Below, in pieces: positions 26,954-36,625 of a stretch of 64,000 nucleotides of DNA. Numbering within the stretch: the first letter of the stretch is position 1; each line of letters starts with the position of its first letter. Position numbers and translations under genes: made by a program. Where the stretch lies: positions 288,001 to 352,000 of the forward strand of contig OZ244799.1 of the NCBI GenBank assembly GCA_965219955.1. Reading direction: 5' to 3'. The notes under the pieces were generated by a model that was given only the letters and a program-made list of their open reading frames with translations, made no database searches and was not told where the DNA came from. Origin of the DNA: a bacterium. GTDB lineage: Bacteria; UBA8248.

Positions 26954-27943
26954 GTGACCCACTCCGTCATATTGGGGACAGGTTCTTATCTCCCTGAAAG
27001 AGTTCTCTCGAACGCCGATCTGGAAAAAATGGTCGACACCAGCGACCAATGGATTCGCGATCGAACGGGAATCAGCGAGCGGCGTGTGGCGAGGCCCGAC
27101 GAAGCGACTTCCCACTTGTCGATTCATGCCGCCAATCAGGCGCTGGAATCCGCGGGCGTGGGGCCCGAGGAAATTGACCTCATCATCGTAACCACCCTCA
27201 CGCCGGACACGATGTGCCCGGCTGCGGCCTGTTGGCTGCAGTCCCATATCGGAGCGCACAAGGCCGCGGCGTTTGACATGAATGCGGCGTGTACGGGCTT
27301 CGTCTACGGTCTTCAGGCGGCGGACGCCTATATCCGTTCGGGCATGATGAAGAACGTGCTCCTGGTTTCCGCCGACGTGATGACGCGGGTGACGAACTGG
27401 GAGGATAGAGGCACTTGCGTCTTGTGGGGTGATGGCGCGGGCGCCGTCGTTGTGGGGGCGTCGGAGAACGGGAGAAGAGGCGTCCTGGATTCCAGGGTCT
27501 ACAGCGACGGCAAAGGCGGGGAGTTGATTCTGGTCCCGGGAGGCGGTTCGCGGTTTGCGCCGATGACGCCCAACGACGTGCACAACAAGGAGCACTTGCT
27601 GCAGATGAAAGGGAAAGAGACGTTCAAGACGGCTGTGCGTTATTTCCTGGAAGTCTGTAATGAAATGCTGGAGCGAAGCGGTCTCACATTGGACGATGTG
27701 GATATTTTTATTCCGCATCAGGCGAATCTGCGGATTATCGAGGCCGTGGCGAAACGGCTTGAATTCTCAATGGACAAGGTGATCATCACGATTAACAAAT
27801 ATGGCAATATGTCCGCGGCCACCATCCCGGTTGCGCTGGATGAATCGGTGAGGGAGGGGAAAATCAGAAGCGGAGATAATGTCCTCATGGCTGCTTTCGG
27901 TGGAGGCCTCACCTGGGGTGCGTCTTTGGTTGAATGGAAGTGA
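26954..27943 (+). CDS. fabH: Beta-ketoacyl-ACP synthase III
   Basis: AACTGF (Cys), PHQAN (His), YGNMSAA (Asn), FGGGLTWG. Confidence 0.96.
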   Translation: MTHSVILGTGSYLPERVLSNADLEKMVDTSDQWIRDRTGISERRVARPDEATSHLSIHAANQALESAGVGPEEIDLIIVTTLTPDTMCPAAACWLQSHIGAHKAAAFDMNAACTGFVYGLQAADAYIRSGMMKNVLLVSADVMTRVTNWEDRGTCVLWGDGAGAVVVGASENGRRGVLDSRVYSDGKGGELILVPGGGSRFAPMTPNDVHNKEHLLQMKGKETFKTAVRYFLEVCNEMLERSGLTLDDVDIFIPHQANLRIIEAVAKRLEFSMDKVIITINKYGNMSAATIPVALDESVREGKIRSGDNVLMAAFGGGLTWGASLVEWK

Positions 27944-28048
27944 TGATATGAACGCCTGGAAAGATTCCGCTCCACCCCCCGCCCTGTTTCATCAGCGAGC
28001 ATAATTGATTCAAGCTTCGTCGTTCATGCCATAGGTAAGGGTTGCTAG

Positions 28049-28987
28049 ATGGCTGTGAAAATTGCGTTTTTGTTTCCAGGACAAGGTTCGCAATATGTTG
28101 GCATGGGCAAGCAATTCTATGATGAATATCCTGTTGCGCGAGAAGCCTATGAGCAGGCGAGTGATATCTTAGGATGGGACCTCGCGAGGCTGAGCTTCGA
28201 GGGCCCCAAATCGGAGTTGACGCTTACTTGCCATACCCAGCCCGCAATTCTGGTTCATAGCCATATCGCTTGCACTTTGTTGCGTGAGTGCGGCTATAGG
28301 CCTTCTCTCGCCTTAGGGCACAGTTTGGGGGAATACTCCGCTCTTCTGGCGGCTGAAGCCATCGATTTCCAGACGGGTGTCGAGTTGGTGAAGAAAAGAG
28401 GCCGCTTCATGCACGAGGCTGTCCCCGAGCGGGGCGGCGCCATGGCGGCTTTGCTCGGGATAGAGAGAGAAGCGGCCGAAGCCATATGCGGGGAAGTGGG
28501 AGGCGTGGTGGAGGTTGCAAATTATAATGCCCCCGGCCAATATGTCTTGTCGGGAGACAAGGATGCGGTAGAATCCGCCGCGCGGCTGGCAACAGACAAA
28601 GGAGCCAGGAAGGTTATCATGCTTCCGGTTGGCGCGCCTTTCCATTGTTCTTTGCTGAGCGAAGCGGCCGAGCGGATGAGTGAAGTTCTCGACGAAGCGG
28701 ATATTGCCGATCCTTCAATTCCCGTATACGCGAATGTAACCGCTCGACCCGTTCTGGAAGGAAAACTGGCAAGAGAGTTGCTCAAACGGCAGGTTCGTTC
28801 TCCCGTTCGTTGGGAAGACTCTGTACGTGCGGCGGGCGAGGAGAAACCCGATGTGATGGTCGAATTGGGCCCCGGAAAAGTGCTCTCAGGATTGAACAGG
28901 CGGATATTGAAGGGTATACCGGTGCACAATGTGGAAGATACGCGGAGCCTGGAGCAAACGGTTTCGGACTTGGGGGAGTTCAACTGA
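28049..28987 (+). CDS. fabD: Malonyl-CoA:ACP transacylase
   Basis: FLFPGQGSQ, GHSLGEY, GAPFHC, SPVRW. Confidence 0.96.
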   Translation: MAVKIAFLFPGQGSQYVGMGKQFYDEYPVAREAYEQASDILGWDLARLSFEGPKSELTLTCHTQPAILVHSHIACTLLRECGYRPSLALGHSLGEYSALLAAEAIDFQTGVELVKKRGRFMHEAVPERGGAMAALLGIEREAAEAICGEVGGVVEVANYNAPGQYVLSGDKDAVESAARLATDKGARKVIMLPVGAPFHCSLLSEAAERMSEVLDEADIADPSIPVYANVTARPVLEGKLARELLKRQVRSPVRWEDSVRAAGEEKPDVMVELGPGKVLSGLNRRILKGIPVHNVEDTRSLEQTVSDLGEFN

Positions 28988-29157
28988 ATTTCATCCCTGT
29001 GTATGATGGTTGCTGAAGTATTATCAGTAAAAAGCGGAAACAGGTTATAGAATTCAGATTGATCGCTCCGGTGAAGTGAAATGAGTATTGGATCTGAGTT
29101 CTTGCTGAAAGGATGACTCAATACCGGCTTAAGAGAAAGATTTTCGGAGGAATCGGC

Positions 29158-29400
29158 GTGACAGATGATATCAAAGCACAAATAAGAGAAATCATTGTTG
29201 AGCAGTTGAGCGTGGAGCCTGACAAGGTGGTGCCGGAAGCTTCGTTTACCGATGATCTGGGAGCGGATTCGCTGGATACCGTAGAGCTCGTCATGGCCTT
29301 TGAGGAGAAATTCGGTATCGAAATCCCGGATGAAGAAGCGGAGAAAATCTCCACGGTTCAAGATGCGTACGACTACATCTCGAAGGTGCCTGGAGACTAG
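29158..29400 (+). CDS. acpP: Acyl carrier protein
   Basis: [18 protein letters not shown]; GTG start after GGAGG. Confidence 0.96.
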   Translation: MTDDIKAQIREIIVEQLSVEPDKVVPEASFTDDLGADSLDTVELVMAFEEKFGIEIPDEEAEKISTVQDAYDYISKVPGD

Positions 29401-29435
29401 AGAAATCTCGTTGGTCTGCAAATCGAAGAGGAAGC

Positions 29436-30713
29436 ATGAATAATCAAGATTTATTGAGTTCGGATGTCCGGGTTGTCGTTACGGGACTCGGCCTGCTAAC
29501 GCCGCTGGGCTTGTCGGTAGAGGAAAACTGGGAAGCCTTGATGCAGGGCCGCTCCGGCATCGGTAAAGTTTCCCGGTTTTGTCCGGATCGCCTGACGTCT
29601 CGCATCTGCGGCGAAGTAAAAGGTTTTGAACCTGAGAATTATGTTTCCCGCAAAGAACTCAAGAAAATGGATACTTTCATCCAGTACGTTCTTGCGGCCT
29701 CTCAAATGGCCTTCGATGATGCCGACCTGGAAGTTCCCGACGCGGAAATGGCGCCGCGGTACGGCACCATCATCGGCGTGGGTTTGGGCGGTTTACCTGC
29801 CATAGAAGCCAACAAGGAATTATTGCTAACCAGAGAGCCGACGCGCATCAGTCCCTTCTTCATCCCCATGTTGTTGGGAAACTTGGCCGCCGGGCAGGTT
29901 TCGATGCGCTGGGGACTAAAGGGGCCGAACATTTGCACCACCACTGCGTGCGCATCCGGGAATCACGCTATCGGAGACGCGATGAAGTGTATTCAGCGCG
30001 GCCTGGTGGATGTCATGGTGGCCGGTGGCAGCGAGTCTTGTATCACGGAGTTGGCCATGGCGGGATTTTGCGCGATGCGAGCGCTCAGCACTCGTAACGA
30101 TGACCCCGAGAGCGCGAGTCGTCCCTTTGATACGGACAGGGACGGATTCGTGATGGCGGAGGGGGCAGGCGTGATGATCCTGGAGCGTTATGAACACGCT
30201 GTAGCGCGCGGTGCGAATATTTACGCCGAACTCGGCGGCTACGGACTCACTTCCGACGCCCACCACATCACCTCCCCGGACCCGGGTGGTGACGGGGCGG
30301 CCCGCTGCATGGACATGGCGCTCAATGACGCAAGACTAGAGCCTGAGGATGTGGATTACATCAACGCGCATGGCACATCCACCGGTGCGGGAGATAGACT
30401 CGAAACGACAGCCATCAAAAGAACTTTTGGCAATCATGCCTACAATCTGAGTGTAAGTTCCACAAAATCTATGACCGGGCATCTTCTGGGTGCGGCGGGA
30501 GGCGTGGAATCGGTTTTCACTATCTTGGCGCTTAAGAATCAGTGCATTCCACCTACGATCAATTTAGATACGCCGGATTCGGAATGCGATCTCGACTATG
30601 TGCCCAATTCTGCCCGGAAAGCGGACATCGACTGTGCCATCACAAACTCGTTCGGGTTCGGGGGAACCAACGCTTCGCTGTTATTCAAGAGAGCAGAAAA
30701 CAACGCAGCTTAA
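29436..30713 (+). CDS. fabF: Beta-ketoacyl-ACP synthase II
   Basis: TACASG, NAHGTST, KSMTGHLLGAAG, NSFGFGGTN. Confidence 0.96.
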   Translation: MNNQDLLSSDVRVVVTGLGLLTPLGLSVEENWEALMQGRSGIGKVSRFCPDRLTSRICGEVKGFEPENYVSRKELKKMDTFIQYVLAASQMAFDDADLEVPDAEMAPRYGTIIGVGLGGLPAIEANKELLLTREPTRISPFFIPMLLGNLAAGQVSMRWGLKGPNICTTTACASGNHAIGDAMKCIQRGLVDVMVAGGSESCITELAMAGFCAMRALSTRNDDPESASRPFDTDRDGFVMAEGAGVMILERYEHAVARGANIYAELGGYGLTSDAHHITSPDPGGDGAARCMDMALNDARLEPEDVDYINAHGTSTGAGDRLETTAIKRTFGNHAYNLSVSSTKSMTGHLLGAAGGVESVFTILALKNQCIPPTINLDTPDSECDLDYVPNSARKADIDCAITNSFGFGGTNASLLFKRAENNAA

Positions 30714-30771
30714 AAAAAGAGGTTCTGCCAACGACAGAAACGGGAAACTCTCCGGTTTCGGCGCCAGGGGT

Positions 30772-31455
30772 GTGACCCTGGGTGAAATCGAAACTCAAGT
30801 CGGCTATTCGTTTTCGAATAAGGAACTCCTCGTTCGAGCCCTCACGCACCGCTCTTTTTCTCAGGAAAGTTCAACCCCCACTTCAGACAATGAACGGCTT
30901 GAATTTTTAGGTGATGCTGTTTTGCAACTCATCGTGACGGAAAAACTATGGAAAGATTTTCCGGCGGACGATGAGGGTGTTCTGACTCATATGCGCTCAG
31001 AACGGGTGAATGGCCGCACTTTGGCGGGAGTTTTTAAGCGCCGTGGACTGGGAAACTACATTCGTCTGGGTAAAGGGGAAGAAAAAACGGGCGGTCGGCA
31101 AAAACCTTCCATCCAGGCGGGAGCAGTTGAGGCGCTGGTCGGCGCGATATATCTCGATGCCGGTTACGCCCGTTGTACGCAATGGGCGCAATCATGGTTC
31201 TGGGCTGCAGGTCTGAATGAGCAAGATGTCCTGTCGCAGGATTTCAAAAGCCAGCTTCAGCGGTTGGCTCAAAAAAATGGCAATAAACCACCTGGTTATC
31301 GTCTGGTTCGGGAGAGTGGTCCTGAGCACGAAAAAAAATTCGAGGTTGAAGTTCGCCTCGGCCGTAAGGTCATGGGACGTGGGCAAGGCACGACCAAAAA
31401 AGCGGCTGAGCAGGTAGCGGCGAAAGAAGCCGTTTACAGGATCGGAGAAGCCTAG
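30772..31455 (+). CDS. rnc: Ribonuclease III
   Basis: ALTHRS, NERLEFLGDAVL, EALVGAIYLD, dsRBD (DFKSQLQ...GPEHEKKF...KKAAEQ); start approximate. Confidence 0.93.
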   Translation: MTLGEIETQVGYSFSNKELLVRALTHRSFSQESSTPTSDNERLEFLGDAVLQLIVTEKLWKDFPADDEGVLTHMRSERVNGRTLAGVFKRRGLGNYIRLGKGEEKTGGRQKPSIQAGAVEALVGAIYLDAGYARCTQWAQSWFWAAGLNEQDVLSQDFKSQLQRLAQKNGNKPPGYRLVRESGPEHEKKFEVEVRLGRKVMGRGQGTTKKAAEQVAAKEAVYRIGEA

Positions 31456-31511
31456 CGGCAACGAGTTCTTGGAATGTAATATTTTGCTTTACGGATACCG
31501 GGGAATTCTGA

Positions 31512-31524
31512 TAAGTTATTGATT
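31512..31524 (-). promoter_or_regulatory. IHF-consensus site upstream of smc
   Basis: Reverse complement AATCAATAACTTA matches WATCAANNNNTTR. Confidence 0.3.
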
Positions 31525-31593
31525 CCTACCGCCCTGGTAGTGTCTTATACCGCCCCCTGAAAATGAAGTTCATCCGCCCGCCGAGGTGTTGAA

Positions 31594-34500
31594 TTGCGAT
31601 TCCAACGCTTGGAGATGCAGGGGTTTAAGTCCTTCGTCGAAAAAACCGTGATTGAAATAGGCGAGGGCCTTACGGCTGTGGTCGGACCCAACGGATGCGG
31701 CAAGAGCAATGTTTGCGATGCCGTTCGGTGGGTTCTGGGCGAACAGGCTCCCAAAAATATGCGCTCGAAGAAGATGGAGGATGTTATCTTCAACGGCAGC
31801 GCCGAGCGCAAGCAACTCGGGATGTCCGAGGTCTCGCTCACCATTACCGATCTCAAAGGCGTGGTGACCTCTCCCGCATTCAAGGATTTTGACGAGGTAG
31901 TGGTTACCCGCCGGTTGTACCGCTCCGGGGAGAGTGAATATCTCATCAATCGCAATCCTTGCCGCCTCAAAGACATCGTCGACTTGTTTCTGGATACCGG
32001 CGTTTCCCTCGATACTTTCTCCATCGTGGAACAGGGCAAGATAGAGACTCTCGTGAACGCGAGGCCACTGGACAGGCGGGTTCTGATTGAAGAGGCCGCC
32101 GGTATTATGAAATACAAGAGCAGGCGGAACGAGGCGTTGAGAAAGCTGGAACTGGCGCAGGCGAATCTGCTTCGTGTGGCTGACATCATGCGCGAGAAGG
32201 AATCCCGTCTCCGCTCTTTGCGCCGACAGGCGAGGAAAGCGACGTTTCACAAGGAATACCGAACCGAAATTGCCGATCTTTCCCAAAGAATCATGACGCT
32301 CGACTACCTCAAGCTTGTCGATGAACTCGTTCCCGCGGAAAAGGCGTATAACCGCATCAAGGAAACGGAACAAGCGGTATCCGCGAAATTATCTTTTCTG
32401 GATGCCGAAAGGGAAAACGGGCGTATTTTAATCACCGAGCGTTCGGAGGCATTAGCGGAATCCCGCCGCCGTGCAGTTGAAGTGGAAGGTTGCCTTCAGG
32501 GGCTGGAGAATCGGGTTGAGATGCTGGGCAGCCGTCTAAAGGAACTCGATACGGAAGATGAACGTCGCATGGAGGAAATCCAGGCTCTCGATGTTGAAAC
32601 CACGACCTTGGAGAATGAGAGAATCGGGCTTGTTTCAACACTTGAGATGCTTACGGGGCAATCGAGTCTTGCGCGCCAGGAATATGACGTCGGCCTAGCT
32701 GAGTTGGCCGCGTATCGTGAGAACTTAAGAGAACACGAACGGGTTCTTGATGAGACCCGGGGCGCTCAAGAGGAAGAAAAAGAGCGTTTGAGCGCGACTC
32801 GTCAGCAAATCGCTTCCATCGAATCGCGACGTGAGGGACTGACCGAGTCCACTGCAAAGACTGGTGAAGAGCTTGAGGAGCTCAAGCGTCAGATCGAATT
32901 GACACAAACCGACGCAGATGATGCGAAAAGCCGGCTGGAATCGCTGATAGCATCTGAAATCCGCGCAAAACAAGAACTTGAACAGGCGAGGTCTGAGTGC
33001 GCGAGAACGTCCGGGTCTTTGAGCCGCCACGAAGAACTCGTGGCTGGAACGAAAGAGTCCTTGATGGAAGCGAAATCCGCTCTCTCGGCCCTGGAAGGTG
33101 TTTTGGGCTCCGACGAGAGCGGAATAGCGGATATCGAAGCGTTCCGATCTTGTGGCGCTCAGGTTCTGGCGTCTTTTTCCGATCTGATTCGCGTCGATCC
33201 GAAATTTGAAAAAGCCATTGAAGCGGTCCTTGGCGATCGATTGATGGGCGTGGTTGTGGAGAGTCCGGGTGATGCGGTGAATGCGCTCCGCGCGCTGATG
33301 GGTTCGGGAATCGGGCGAGGTGTGGCTCTGCCCAAGGAAGTAGATGCTCAACCGGATGCCATCGTCCCGCTGGGGGAAGGTGTTCTCGGTGCGGCGGCGG
33401 ATTTTGTTCGCTGCAAAGTGGATTATCGCCCTCTCATTCAATCGCTGCTCTGTAATGTTGTGGTGGTTGAGGATATCGATGCCGCGCAGGCGGCATGGTG
33501 CAATGGATCCCAGGGCATCGTCTGTGTGACTTTGAAGGGTGAAATTATTCATGCAAATGGTGCGGCCGAAGGCGGTTTGGGTCGAAATGAAGGTTTTTTG
33601 GAGCGCTCAAGAAGATGTGAGGAGGTGCGCCTGAAAGCGGAGCAGTTGGAGGCGCAAGCTCTTGAACTGGAACCGATTTCTGAAAAATTGAGTGAGCAAC
33701 TCACGAAAGCGGAACAAAGAAACCGTCTTGCGGTTGAGGCGAGTCAACGGGCGGCGGTGATGCGCGTGGAGGCCGAAGGAATCCTCCGCTCGACGGAAGA
33801 TAAACACGAGGCATTGAAAAAACGGTTGGCCTCGCTTGAATCCACGCAAGAGGAGACGCGCACGGAGCAGATGCGCCTCGAAGAGACCCTCCAGACGGCC
33901 AAGGATGAAAGTCTCCGCTCGGAAGAGGCGATTATGGGGATCGCCTTGCGTGTTCAGGAGATCGAAAGAAAGGTCGGTGACGCCAGCGAGCGGTATTCAG
34001 AGATGGAGGTGCGTGTCACGGACAAAAGAATCGCCTTGACGGAAATAAATGGACAGGTGGCTGTTGGTCGGGCCGAAGTTCAGCGGCTCGAGAATGCGAT
34101 ATCCCAGAATTCAGCCCGTAAAATTCGCAGTGAAGAAGATCAGCTCGGGTCGAGTGATAAGAGAAAACGCTTTCAAGAAAACCTCGGGCAATGCAGAGAG
34201 GAAATTCTCACTTTTCAGGATGAGAAAGCCAGGGTGGAAGCCGAACAGACCGAGCGTGAGCGCGTTTTGCGTGAAGTGCAATCACGTGATGAGCAACTGG
34301 GTGATTCGATTCGCGAGTTGAAAGAGAAGGCTTCATACCTGACCGGTGAGGTAAGTGAGGCGGCGGATCGGCGCACGAAGCTTCGTGTACAACGGGAATC
34401 TATGGTTGAATCCGCCAAAGTGGAGTGTCAGGTCAATCTTGAGGTAACTGCGGAGAGTCGGCGGGAAGAACTTCCCCAGTATCAGGAGACTGTGAATCGT

Positions 34501-35178
34501 CTGGAGATGTTGCAGAAAAGACTTGACCGCATGGGAGAGGTGAATCCCCTTGCCGCACAGGAATACGATGAAATCAATCAGGAATATGTGTTTTTACAAG
34601 AACAGCAGCAGGATTTGGAAAATTCCATCGCCGATCTGCACACAACGATCGAGAGACTGAACAAGACAACGAAATCCCGTTTCCTGGCGGCGTTCGAGGA
34701 GGTGGGTAGTGCTTTCGCAGACATTTTCGGACGTCTTTTTCAGGGCGGTGAGGCGCGCATGTACCTGCTCGACCCGAATGACCCCCTGGAGACGGGGGTT
34801 GATATAGAAGTGAGGCCGCCGGGCAAGCGTCCTTCGAACATCATGCTCCTCTCCGCAGGGGAGAAGGCGCTTACCGCTATTTCCTTGTTGTTCGCGGTCT
34901 TCAGCGTCAGGCCGAGTCCGTTTTGCATTCTCGACGAGGTGGACGCCACTCTCGATGACGCCAATGTCGGACGTTTTCGGGAAGTGATTGCCGAACTTGA
35001 GAATCGGAGCCAGTTCATCATTATCACGCATAATAAAAAGACCATGTCGTTCGCGAATCAACTCTACGGCGTGACGCAAAGGGAAAAAGGAGTTTCGGAA
35101 ATTGTCTCCGTAAAGCTGAATCGCGAGGAGGAGAGAGTAAACGGGGTGGGAGAAGCGGTGTTGGAATCGCAGGTGTAG
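31594..35178 (+). CDS. smc: Chromosome segregation protein SMC
   Basis: GFKSF, Walker A GPNGCGKSN, long coiled coils, hinge, LSAGEK, ILDEVDATLD. Confidence 0.97.
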   Translation: MRFQRLEMQGFKSFVEKTVIEIGEGLTAVVGPNGCGKSNVCDAVRWVLGEQAPKNMRSKKMEDVIFNGSAERKQLGMSEVSLTITDLKGVVTSPAFKDFDEVVVTRRLYRSGESEYLINRNPCRLKDIVDLFLDTGVSLDTFSIVEQGKIETLVNARPLDRRVLIEEAAGIMKYKSRRNEALRKLELAQANLLRVADIMREKESRLRSLRRQARKATFHKEYRTEIADLSQRIMTLDYLKLVDELVPAEKAYNRIKETEQAVSAKLSFLDAERENGRILITERSEALAESRRRAVEVEGCLQGLENRVEMLGSRLKELDTEDERRMEEIQALDVETTTLENERIGLVSTLEMLTGQSSLARQEYDVGLAELAAYRENLREHERVLDETRGAQEEEKERLSATRQQIASIESRREGLTESTAKTGEELEELKRQIELTQTDADDAKSRLESLIASEIRAKQELEQARSECARTSGSLSRHEELVAGTKESLMEAKSALSALEGVLGSDESGIADIEAFRSCGAQVLASFSDLIRVDPKFEKAIEAVLGDRLMGVVVESPGDAVNALRALMGSGIGRGVALPKEVDAQPDAIVPLGEGVLGAAADFVRCKVDYRPLIQSLLCNVVVVEDIDAAQAAWCNGSQGIVCVTLKGEIIHANGAAEGGLGRNEGFLERSRRCEEVRLKAEQLEAQALELEPISEKLSEQLTKAEQRNRLAVEASQRAAVMRVEAEGILRSTEDKHEALKKRLASLESTQEETRTEQMRLEETLQTAKDESLRSEEAIMGIALRVQEIERKVGDASERYSEMEVRVTDKRIALTEINGQVAVGRAEVQRLENAISQNSARKIRSEEDQLGSSDKRKRFQENLGQCREEILTFQDEKARVEAEQTERERVLREVQSRDEQLGDSIRELKEKASYLTGEVSEAADRRTKLRVQRESMVESAKVECQVNLEVTAESRREELPQYQETVNRLEMLQKRLDRMGEVNPLAAQEYDEINQEYVFLQEQQQDLENSIADLHTTIERLNKTTKSRFLAAFEEVGSAFADIFGRLFQGGEARMYLLDPNDPLETGVDIEVRPPGKRPSNIMLLSAGEKALTAISLLFAVFSVRPSPFCILDEVDATLDDANVGRFREVIAELENRSQFIIITHNKKTMSFANQLYGVTQREKGVSEIVSVKLNREEERVNGVGEAVLESQV

Positions 35179-35216
35179 CATCGTCCGTATTTTCTCGAGA
35201 GGCCATGTTGAAGATG

Positions 35217-35250
35217 ACCCCGGCGCACTGTCGCCGGGGTTGGTTTGTTT
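35217..35250 (+). terminator. Hairpin (possible weak terminator) between smc and ftsY
   Basis: ACCCCGGCG-CACTGT-CGCCGGGGT 9-bp stem followed by TGGTTTGTTT. Confidence 0.4.
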
Positions 35251-35274
35251 GGCGCAGGTTTGGGAAATATCTAA

Positions 35275-36231
35275 ATGTCTGATCCCGGCAAGGAAGTGAG
35301 CTCAGAGAGAGATAGTGGCGCAATAGGCTGGTTCGGCAGATTGCGCCAGGGTCTCTCGAAGACGAGAGGGGGTTTTCTCGGTCAGGTAAAGGGTTTGATC
35401 GCGGGGCGCATTGATGAGGATACGCTCGAGGAGCTGGAAGAAGTTCTATACATGGCGGATCTGGGGCCCCTTCTTGTTGAGTCGCTGCTGGAAAAGCTCA
35501 AAGCCGGAGAGGGCGCGGGCGCGGATGCGAAAACACGCGTTCAGGAAATCATGCGCTCTTGCCTGGAAAACCCTGTATCTCCTGCTGCGTTCACGCCTCA
35601 GGATCCTCCTGCGGAGGAGCCCAGAATCATTTTACTGGTGGGCGTCAACGGCGTGGGCAAGACGACGACGGCCGGCAAGCTCGCATCGCGTTACTCGGCC
35701 GAAAAGCGCAAAGTCATGCTGGCGGCGGGAGATACGTTCCGGGCAGCGGCCGGTGAGCAACTGGCAGTTTGGGCCGAGCGGAGCGGGAGCGAAATCATCC
35801 TCCATCAGGAAGGGGCGGATTCCTCCGCCGTGGTGTATGACGCCGTTCAGGCGGCGAAGGCGCGCGGCGTCGACGTATTGCTCGTGGATACGGCGGGACG
35901 CCTGCACACGAAACACAATCTCATGGAAGAGTTAAAGAAGCTCAGGCGCGTCTCGCAGCGCCTCATCGATACGGCGCCCCATGAGGTGCTGCTCGTACTG
36001 GACGCGACGTCCGGGCAGAACGTCCTCTCCCAGGTGCGGGAATTCGGCCCGGCCCTGGGCGTAACGGGCTTGGTGCTCACCAAACTCGACGGAACGGCCA
36101 AGGGCGGCGTGGCGCTTGGCGCCACTTATGAAAGCGGTATACCGATAAGATACATCGGCGTGGGCGAGTCGGTGGAAGACCTCCTCGATTTCGATCCGGA
36201 TGCGTTCATCGAAGCCGTTTTCGGCGAATAG
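35275..36231 (+). CDS. ftsY: SRP receptor GTPase FtsY
   Basis: GVNGVGKTTT, DTFRAAA, DTAGR, TKLDGTAKGG. Confidence 0.97.
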   Translation: MSDPGKEVSSERDSGAIGWFGRLRQGLSKTRGGFLGQVKGLIAGRIDEDTLEELEEVLYMADLGPLLVESLLEKLKAGEGAGADAKTRVQEIMRSCLENPVSPAAFTPQDPPAEEPRIILLVGVNGVGKTTTAGKLASRYSAEKRKVMLAAGDTFRAAAGEQLAVWAERSGSEIILHQEGADSSAVVYDAVQAAKARGVDVLLVDTAGRLHTKHNLMEELKKLRRVSQRLIDTAPHEVLLVLDATSGQNVLSQVREFGPALGVTGLVLTKLDGTAKGGVALGATYESGIPIRYIGVGESVEDLLDFDPDAFIEAVFGE

Positions 36232-36625
36232 TCTTTTTTGCGGCTTTTCCTGGAAAATATGATAACCCTATATATATCAATTAAATAGCCTCAATAAATT
36301 TTCAGTTATTTATCTGAATTTATCGAATTTTTCGGAAATTCGCCATTTTTGAAAAACGGACGGTCCATGGTATCGCAGGGCGATCCTGCCATGGGCCCGG
36401 TAAACCGCCGCGGCGGCAAATGCGGGCAAACGCGCGCGTAGGGGTGTTCGGCGACGGGCCCGGCGCGTCCGGTGAGCGGGAGAGGCGGAATCCCGCCTTC
36501 GATTCCACCGTTTCCCGGAAGATCGGCGATGACGGCGTTTGCGCGCCACAGAGGCAATCCGCGATAGGCTTGAAACGCTTGCGATTGCGGCGAACAGGCC
36601 CCCCCGAACCGAGCGCGTCCGCGTC

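Noticed and set aside
36232-36625. SRP RNA, 6S RNA or tRNA downstream of ftsY
   Set aside because: No SRP domain IV motif or cloverleaf recognised by eye; an Rfam/Infernal scan would be needed to exclude an ncRNA
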